20,000 nt of DNA, taken from the NCBI GenBank assembly GCA_031835245.2, contig JAVKOQ020000043.1, positions 240,625 through 260,624 of the forward strand, written 5' to 3'. The notes under the pieces are model-generated. The model saw nothing but the letters and a program-made list of their open reading frames with translations. It was not told where the DNA came from and made no database searches. The DNA comes from Balamuthia mandrillaris. Its lineage: Eukaryota. The position numbers were made by a program, and so were the translations under genes. Shown piece by piece: positions 13,491-20,000 of this stretch. Every line of letters begins with the position of its first letter. Position 1 is the first letter of the stretch.

Positions 13491-14957
13491 ATGGAGCTGC
13501 TGCAGGTGGTCAAGGCCAAGGAGGCGGGCAAAGCGCTGGAGCTGTTGGCCAGCGGCGCCGCCGATGTCACCTACGAACGCTATGAGGAGGGAACGTGGGG
13601 CGCTCACACCAGGGAGTCTGCCCTCCACCACGCCCTCTTCAACCTTCGCGACGAGGTCTACCGGCAGCGTGAAGCCAAGTCAAAGGAGCCCCTCCAGTGG
13701 CGACAAGTCGTTTTGGAGCTGTTGGAAAAGGGGGCTAAAGTGAACTCCAAATATGAAGTAACGCTTTGTGCCCTTTTCAGCTGTTTGTTTGTTGGTTTTT
13801 TGTTTTAAACCTTGTTCCCCCCTTTTGAATAGAGTTATGACTGGCGTGGTTGCGGCTCCTCTCAAACGGCTTTCGAGCTCATCCTTTCGATGGCGCTGAG
13901 CAACGAGGATGGAGCGTTGTTGGACGCGGCGCTGCGACATGGAGGTGACCCCAACACGAAGAGCGTGTCCAACACGCATAGTATGAGGACGGACGGCAGC
14001 TCTGTCACTTATCCCATACATACAGCTGCATCCACGCTCTCTTATGACTGCATCAAAGCTCTTTTGGTACGTTTGGTCGTTGTTGTCTTATGTTGTTGTT
14101 GTTGTTGTTCTTCTTGTTCTTCTTGTTCTTCTTGTTCTTCTTCTTCTTCTTCTTCTTCTTCTCCTTCTTCTTCTTCTTCTTCTTCTTCTTCTTTAGTGTA
14201 CGCAATATCAACCTTCTTTCTTTTACCTACAAACACTGACAATGAAACATCAATGTAATAGGATGCCAAAGCGGACGTGAACGTGCGTCACACAGCGGTC
14301 TACCACAACGAACGCGGCTACAACTCCAACACCTCTGCGACAGCCCTGCATAAAGCCATTTCTGCCTTTGCTCGCCTGCCCAAAACACAAAGCACCTCCT
14401 CCAACGATTACGAGAATGAAGGCGAGGATGCAGAGCAAGCCTGGAACAAGAAACACAAGGAGGGTCTCAGAGTGATCGCTCTGCTGCTTCAAGCAGGCGC
14501 TGAGATAGACGCCCAACGCAAGGAGCTTGTGCAGGAGCATGTGGAGGTAAACTCCCCGACGGACGATCCCCGTGATCCCGCTTTCATCCCCAGCGTGCGC
14601 TGCGTGCCGCGCACGGAAACGCCCTTGCTACAGGCCCTCCGCTTGGGTTGCGCAGACCTGGTTCGGTTATTGGTGGCTCATGGGGCCGACACCTCCGCCA
14701 CTTATCTCTACGGCGAGGAGGCTCCTCGCTCTGCTCTGCAAATGGCTCTGGACTTTGATAGCAGGGGAGGGGGAGAAGAAAAAGGAGGAGAGATGGTGGC
14801 GGCGTTGAGGTGCCGATGGGAGCCGCAGTACAGCGCGTTGTATCCGGAGGAGGTTAGGGCGAGGTTGTTTACGACGCTGTGCATGGCGAAGCGGCTGGCT
14901 TGGCCTCTCCCTGCGGAGCTGCTTCACCTCATCCTGCGTTGGGTGGCCTCCCCCTGA
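13491..14957 (+). CDS. Ankyrin-repeat protein with long inter-repeat insertions and a C-terminal F-box-like motif
   Basis: Exons 13491-13757, 13833-14066, 14262-14957. Ankyrin-like segments: ESALHHA...LLEKGAKVN, ALRHGGDPN, YPIHTAA...CIKALLDAKADVN, TALHKA...LLLQAGAEID, ETPLLQALRLGCADLVRLLVAHGAD. The protein ends in WPLPAELLHLILRWVASP. Confidence 0.85.
14091..14192. repeat. Compound (TGT)n/(TCT)n trinucleotide microsatellite in ankyrin-gene intron 2
   Basis: Seen directly; lies between donor GTACGT (14067) and acceptor AG (14260-14261). Confidence 0.9.
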
Positions 14958-15097
14958 GAACGTACCACCTCCTCCCCCCCTCCTTTTGTTCTGTCTGGAG
15001 CTGTTTAATCATGAAGATAAGAAGAATGGAGAGAGTCAGGGAAATTGTGAACACCACCAGCCTTGCCGCCTTTGAATATTTTCTACTTTATATATAT

Positions 15098-15152
15098 ATA
15101 AAATAAATATAAATAAAATAAAATAAAATAAAATAAAATAAAATAAAATAAA
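15098..15152. repeat. (AAATA)n pentanucleotide repeat in the ankyrin-QTRT2 intergenic region
   Basis: Tandem AAATA units preceded by (TA)n; contains many AATAAA hexamers just downstream of the ankyrin gene stop. Confidence 0.9.
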
Positions 15153-15216
15153 ACCAAAAAAAAAAAAAAGACAAAAGAAAAAAAAAGAAAGAAAAAAAAA
15201 GAAAGAAAAAGCAGAG

Positions 15217-17135
15217 ATGAGAAGAGGAGGAGGGGAAGAAGGTTGGAGTTCGTTGTCATTCGAGGAATATCAAAAGAAAGTGGAGGAGGAGGAGGAGGAA
15301 GCGAAAGAGAGCAGAGAGCGAAGAGGGAGATTACGCGTGTTGCGCAAATGCGGTGAGCATGAAGATCGAGAGCTCTGCTTGGAGACGCCGGCATGGCTGG
15401 TGCACACGAAGAAGGGGGGACCGCTCAACCTATCCCCCGACTTGGTTCAGGACTTGCCCCTCCAACCACCTGCCTTTCAAGTGAGCTTGAGCGACTTGTT
15501 TGTCTTTCTTTCCTCTTCTCCTTTCTTTCCTCTCCTCTCTCTCCCTCTCTTTAGGGATATCTGTTCATCTCCCTCTCCTCTCTCTATCTTGGCGTACAGC
15601 ATACAACACACACAGGCCATTGCAAACTTTAGAAGAGAAGGAAGGGGAGGGCTGCGAGAGTTTGTAGGATATCCGGACGGCTTGATCTACCTTTCCGTGC
15701 GGGACCCCGAAGCATTCGCCGATGAGGTTTGTACCAAACAGTACTTCACTGCAACCACCAGCGCTGGCAAGATCAAGGTTCTCTCTTCACTCTTCCTCTT
15801 TCTCCTTCTTTTGGCGGCGCTCATGTTTCATCCCACGAAGGTGTCGACGTCTGAATTCATGGACCATGTAGCAGCTTTGAAGCCAGACTTTTACGCCGCT
15901 CTCAGCCATGAGGTCTCCTTCCTGGCCAGCGAGAAGCAGTGCACCAAGTGTGTTGACATTGGTTTAGCCTGGCTTGACTATTCCCTTGAACAACAGAAAC
16001 AACGCGAACAACAGGCAAAATTCTTTTCTCCTCCCTTTTCTTTCCTCTCTGTTTCTCTCCACAAGCTTCTTCCGATTTCTGTGATCTCAAATGTTGGTCG
16101 CCATTGTAACTTGCAGATAGGAGGGCGGCCGTTTGGAGTTATACAAGGCGGTGGAAGCATGCGTCAAAGGAAACGCTCTGCTCAGGAAACTGCAAAACGG
16201 CCTGTTGCTGGTTTCATTACTTCTCTCTCTCTCTCTCCCTCTCCCTCTCTCTCTCTCTCTCTACTCTCTCTCTCTCTCTCCCTCTCTTCTCTCTCTGGCG
16301 ATAAATAACAAGATTATGAACAGGGTTTGTGTTGGGCGGGTTCGGTTTGGGAGAAAGCCCTTCAGAACGAGCCAATACGATCAAGAGCTTATTGGTATAA
16401 TGTCTGCGCTTCTTTCTATACTCATGGCTATTATTCATTTACTTCTTTGAAGGTCCGTTTCGTTAATAACTTGATTCTGCTGGTTGTCTTTCTGTAGGAA
16501 GAGCTGCCTTCATCAAAGCCTCGTCTCATTTCTCTAGAAGGCTCTCCTGTGGAGGTTCTTGAATGCATAGAGCTTGGCATGGATCTCATCAATACCACGT
16601 ACGATCTCCCTTTCTCTGTCTCTCTTCAATAGTGTAAAACTTATCATGAACTAGTTATCCAGATATATTGGCAAATACAGGCTATGGTTTGGTGTTCCCA
16701 CTGGATGTTGACAGCATCCTTGCTGCAACCCAGCAGAGAGAAAAAACAGGACTGAACGACATCCAAGATCCTATGAAAATCAACCTAAGAGACCAACGCT
16801 ATGAACTTATGTCTCGTCCAGTGGTGGATGGGTGCCAGTGCTATACTTGTCGCAATCACACGGTGGCTTATATTCACCACCTCTTATTGGTGAATGAAAT
16901 GTTGGCCGCCACCTTGTTATCCATGTACGCCTCTCATTCTTTCGCTCTTATGTTCTCTTTGCTCTCTCTCTCTCTCTCTCGCTGCGCAGTTTTTTAAAAA
17001 AACGCTAACCATTCAAATATACTCAGCCACAACAGCCACCACTACGCCATGTTTTTCCAAGCCGTTCGAACAAGCCTGGACGGAAGCCATTTCACCACCT
17101 TGTTGCAACGTTTCCGCGAGTTAAGCACCCCATGA
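15217..17135 (+). CDS. QTRT2: Queuine tRNA-ribosyltransferase accessory (non-catalytic) subunit 2
   Basis: Inferred exons 15217-15497, 15600-15777, 15841-16014, 16117-16210, 16324-16394, 16498-16598, 16655-16924, 17027-17135. TGT-family motifs: LETPAWLVHTKKG, FGVIQGG, GFVLGGFGLGE, LPSSKPRL, Zn site GCQCYTC...YIHHLL..NEMLA..LL.IHN. GMDLINT replaces the GxDMFDC of catalytic subunits and no DSGG motif is seen, which favours QTRT2 over QTRT1. Confidence 0.88.
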
Positions 17136-17165
17136 AAATGGCACCACCGCAGCCAAAAAGGCATT

Positions 17166-17230
17166 GAGGAGTCAGCATAGCCATTATGAGGGGTCAGATG
17201 AAATCGGTTGCAAAACGAGGGGTCAGATGA
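17166..17230 (+). repeat. Direct repeat GAGGGGTCAGATGA x2 plus one degenerate copy, upstream of ANKZF1
   Basis: Exact 14-mers at 17188-17201 and 17217-17230; GAGGAGTCAG at 17166-17175. Confidence 0.8.
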
Positions 17231-17324
17231 GGTAACTTGATGGAAATCAAAACGAGAAAAAACGCAGAAAGAAGAAATTTGGTGAACAACGAAAACAAAA
17301 AAAACAAAAAAAACAAAAAAACAA

Positions 17325-18770
17325 ATGGAAGGTAAACGACAGGACAGGGCAGGAGCTATGCCGCAAGGAAAGGTCTCCCTGTTCGACCTTCCTGCCGCGT
17401 TTTGGACCAACTTGCGAGTGCGATCCGTGGACGCAAGTTTGGTGGAGGCGACCAGCCATTTAGAGGATGACGGTTCGCTTTCCTCTTCCGAGGAAGAAGA
17501 AGAAGCCACAGCAACACTTGAAACGGCGAAAAGCGGACAAGAAGAAACAGGAGAAGTAGAAGAATCAGAAAGAGAAGGGACCTCACAGGAAGGTCTAACC
17601 TGCTTGACGTGCAACATACCCCAGTTCCAGAGCGTGGAGGAGCAGCACCAACACTTTAAGACTGATTGGCATCTTTTCAATCTGCAAAGAAAGAGAGTGC
17701 AACAGGAGCCAGTTCCCTTTTCTCTTTTTCAAGAACTCACTCAATGTTGCGGCAATGCCTCCGAAGAAGAAGAAGAAGAAAATGAAGACGACGAAAATGA
17801 AGGAGGAGGCCTTCGTTTCAAAATAAAAGATGAGAAAGAGGAGGAAGAGGTTTCATCAATGAAGACCAACACCACTGTACTCCCCAAGTTGTTTCTGACA
17901 TCAGAGGACCACAGGGTAATCAGCTTCTGGCGAGCTATACTTTGTGACCTCCCTCAGAAAAGGTACAGTCCGTACTATTTTGCTCCAATCTTTTGGATTT
18001 CAGCTTATTCTTCTCTTTGCTTCTTTCTGTGTGGCAAAGGATGATGCAAGACAGAGAAGACGTCATCAAAGCCGTGGGAAGATTACATCTGGGCCCTAAA
18101 TGGACATTTTTGTTGTGTTCGGGTGGCTATTTTGCAGGTGCTATCTATGATCGTCATCGCTGCCTTTGTCATAAAGTTTGCTTTCTCCTCCTCTCCCTCC
18201 TCTTCTGCCTTCTCTTCTTGCTGATTTGGTTTGGTTTGTTGTTGAAATTAGACATTCCGGCGGTATACAGTGCGCAAGAAGCAAGGCGGCAGTCAATCAT
18301 CTCGTGACAATAAGGGTGGTGGCCAACCCAAATCCGCTGGTGCTTCCATGCGTCGCTACCACGAGGCGCAACTTCAGAAGGTACTTTCAGAGAAAGATAG
18401 AGACAACTCAGGGTAGTGACATTAACTTTCTTTTTCTGATAGGAAATAAGGGAGCAACTGGTGGCTTGGCAGAGCCACATTGACTCTAGCAATCTTGTAT
18501 TCTTGTTTGCTCCTGGTCCTGAAAACAAAAAGATATTCTTCTTTGCTGACAGTCCATTGGGCTTCAAAAGAGGAAAGAGTGGCAATCCCAAGCTTCGTAC
18601 AATACCCTTCCCCATAAAGCGGCCATCCCTTCAAGAAATCCAACGAGCTTTGTCTATTCTTTCGACTGTGGAAATATCAGAAGTGCCCGAAAGAACGCTA
18701 CTTTCAGAAAAGCCCAACAAGTATGTCCAGCAAGAATGAAAATTGAAAGGAGACGAAAGAGGGAGGGAGG

Positions 18771-18814
<44 letters not shown>

Positions 18815-20000
18815 GGTGTATGTTCACCTACTGAAGCTTAGTATTGTTATTATTTTGCAGACTACAGTCGTCTCTGATGCTAGAAAAACAACCAGTATCC
18901 GCAAGCCGTTTGCCTGGAGGAGAGGCTCTTGTTGGAGGCAAAGAAGAAGCAGAAGACCCATTCTTTCTGCTGTCCTCAGGCCAGACGAAAGCAAATAAGG
19001 CCAGAAAGAGAACAGCCAAGCATCAACCAAAGAAACGGACCACCAATCCCCACGCCGCTTTCTTGTTGCATACTATACAACGTGACGACATGGATGGGCT
19101 GCAACAATTTTTGCAACACAATGGTGCAATGACAGAGTTATCACCTCCCGTCGCTCCTGAAGAGGAAGAAGGTATGACGCCACTGTATCTGGCAGTGAGT
19201 CTTGGTCGCCTTCAAATGGTACAATGGCTGCTGCAACATCAGCAAGATCTCCATGATACCTGCTTTCACTTGACAGGCTTAGACCTGAGTGTGAACGCAA
19301 AGGTTTGAATTCCTTTATTAATGTTGAATTCCTGCTTACGGGTCCAAAAAATAACCAACAACAGGTTCCTGGTCAAAGTTTCAGGACAGCATTACACAGG
19401 GCATCATTAGAAGGAAACACAGAGTTGGTGGTGTTGCTGTTGAGACATGATGCTAACCCCACCATGCGAGACCTGTATGAGAAAACAGCCTATGATCTAG
19501 CGCCCAACCGTGCTGTGCGCAACGCCTTTCGCCAGTTCGCTGGTGAGCACAGGGACAAGTGGGAGTGGGACAAGGCAAACATACTTCCTTTGACATTGGA
19601 GATGGTAGAAAAGGAGAAGGAGAAAGAAAAGGCAAAGAAAAAGAAGAAGCGCCAGAATGCTAAAAAAAATAAGGAGCTCAGAAAACAAAAGGAGCTGGAG
19701 GAGCAGCTACAAAAGGCAGCACAAGAGCAGGCAGAGGCAGCCCGCTTAGAAACAGAAAGAGAGCTACACGAGATAGAGCAGAGAAGAGTAAAGGAGATAG
19801 CACGAATACAAGCCATGAGTGAAAGAGAGAAACGGGCTTATGCTGCAGAGCAGCGCATGATGAAGGCCAGGGTTACAATGGATGGACAGGAAGCTTGTAT
19901 CTTGTGTGGTCATGCATTTGGTCCCAATATGGTCCCTTTCTGTCGAATGGATTGGAAATACTGCAGTATGTCCTGTGTTCGTGCCCACAAGGAGGTCCTT
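17325..20000 (+). CDS. ANKZF1: ANKZF1/Vms1 ribosome quality-control peptidyl-tRNA release factor (C2H2 finger, VLRF1 domain, ankyrin repeats, coiled coil, VIM, treble-clef finger); 3' end just outside the window
   Basis: Inferred exons 17325-17962, 18040-18175, 18252-18380, 18443-18720, 18861-19302, 19365->20000. Motifs: CLTCNIPQF...HQHFKTDWHLFNL, GGYFAGAIY, HKTFRRYTVRKKQGGSQ (catalytic Gln), SAGASMRRYHE, IPFPIKRPS, TALHRAS, REKRAYAAEQRM (VIM), CILCG...YCSMSCVRAH. Confidence 0.94.
18773..18811. repeat. (GA)n microsatellite in ANKZF1 intron 4
   Basis: Seen directly, within intron 18721-18860. Confidence 0.9.

Noticed and set aside
15217..17135. Catalytic TGT subunit (QTRT1)
   Set aside because: The catalytic Asp motifs (DSGG, DMFDC) are not found; the sequence fits the accessory subunit.
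17188..17230. Direct repeat considered as a CRISPR-like array or a transposon target-site duplication
   Set aside because: Only two exact 14-bp copies with a 15-bp spacer, eukaryotic context, and no cas or transposase genes nearby.
17042..19988. Long - strand ORFs (17042-17680, 18169-18615, 19490-19816)
   Set aside because: Antisense shadows of ANKZF1 exons, driven by Glu/Lys-rich codons.

Overview
Intron-rich, compact eukaryotic genomic DNA. It has short GT-AG introns (mostly about 55-250 nt), microsatellites inside introns and A-rich leaders; the style suggests a free-living amoeba or other protist, but that is inference only. Manual splicing gives eight protein-coding genes, seven on the + strand: the 3' end of a Trm7/FTSJ1 tRNA 2'-O-methyltransferase, a Mei2-like three-RRM RNA-binding protein, a C2-domain AGC kinase (Akt/SGK/Ypk1/Gad8-like), protein phosphatase 5, an unusual ankyrin-repeat protein with a C-terminal F-box-like motif, the queuine tRNA-ribosyltransferase accessory subunit QTRT2, and ANKZF1/Vms1 (runs off the right edge). 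The eighth is a two-exon, 79-aa Cys-rich tail-anchored microprotein on the - strand, which the ORF track captures only in part. The most interesting observations are this microprotein, the ankyrin/F-box-like protein with long hairpin insertions, the intact Ca2+-type C2 domain on an Akt-like kinase beside mei2, an insertion in Mei2 RRM1, and the 2.1-kb region upstream of mei2 with spliced-leader signals and a GC-rich island. No rRNA, tRNA, CRISPR array or transposon was recognised.
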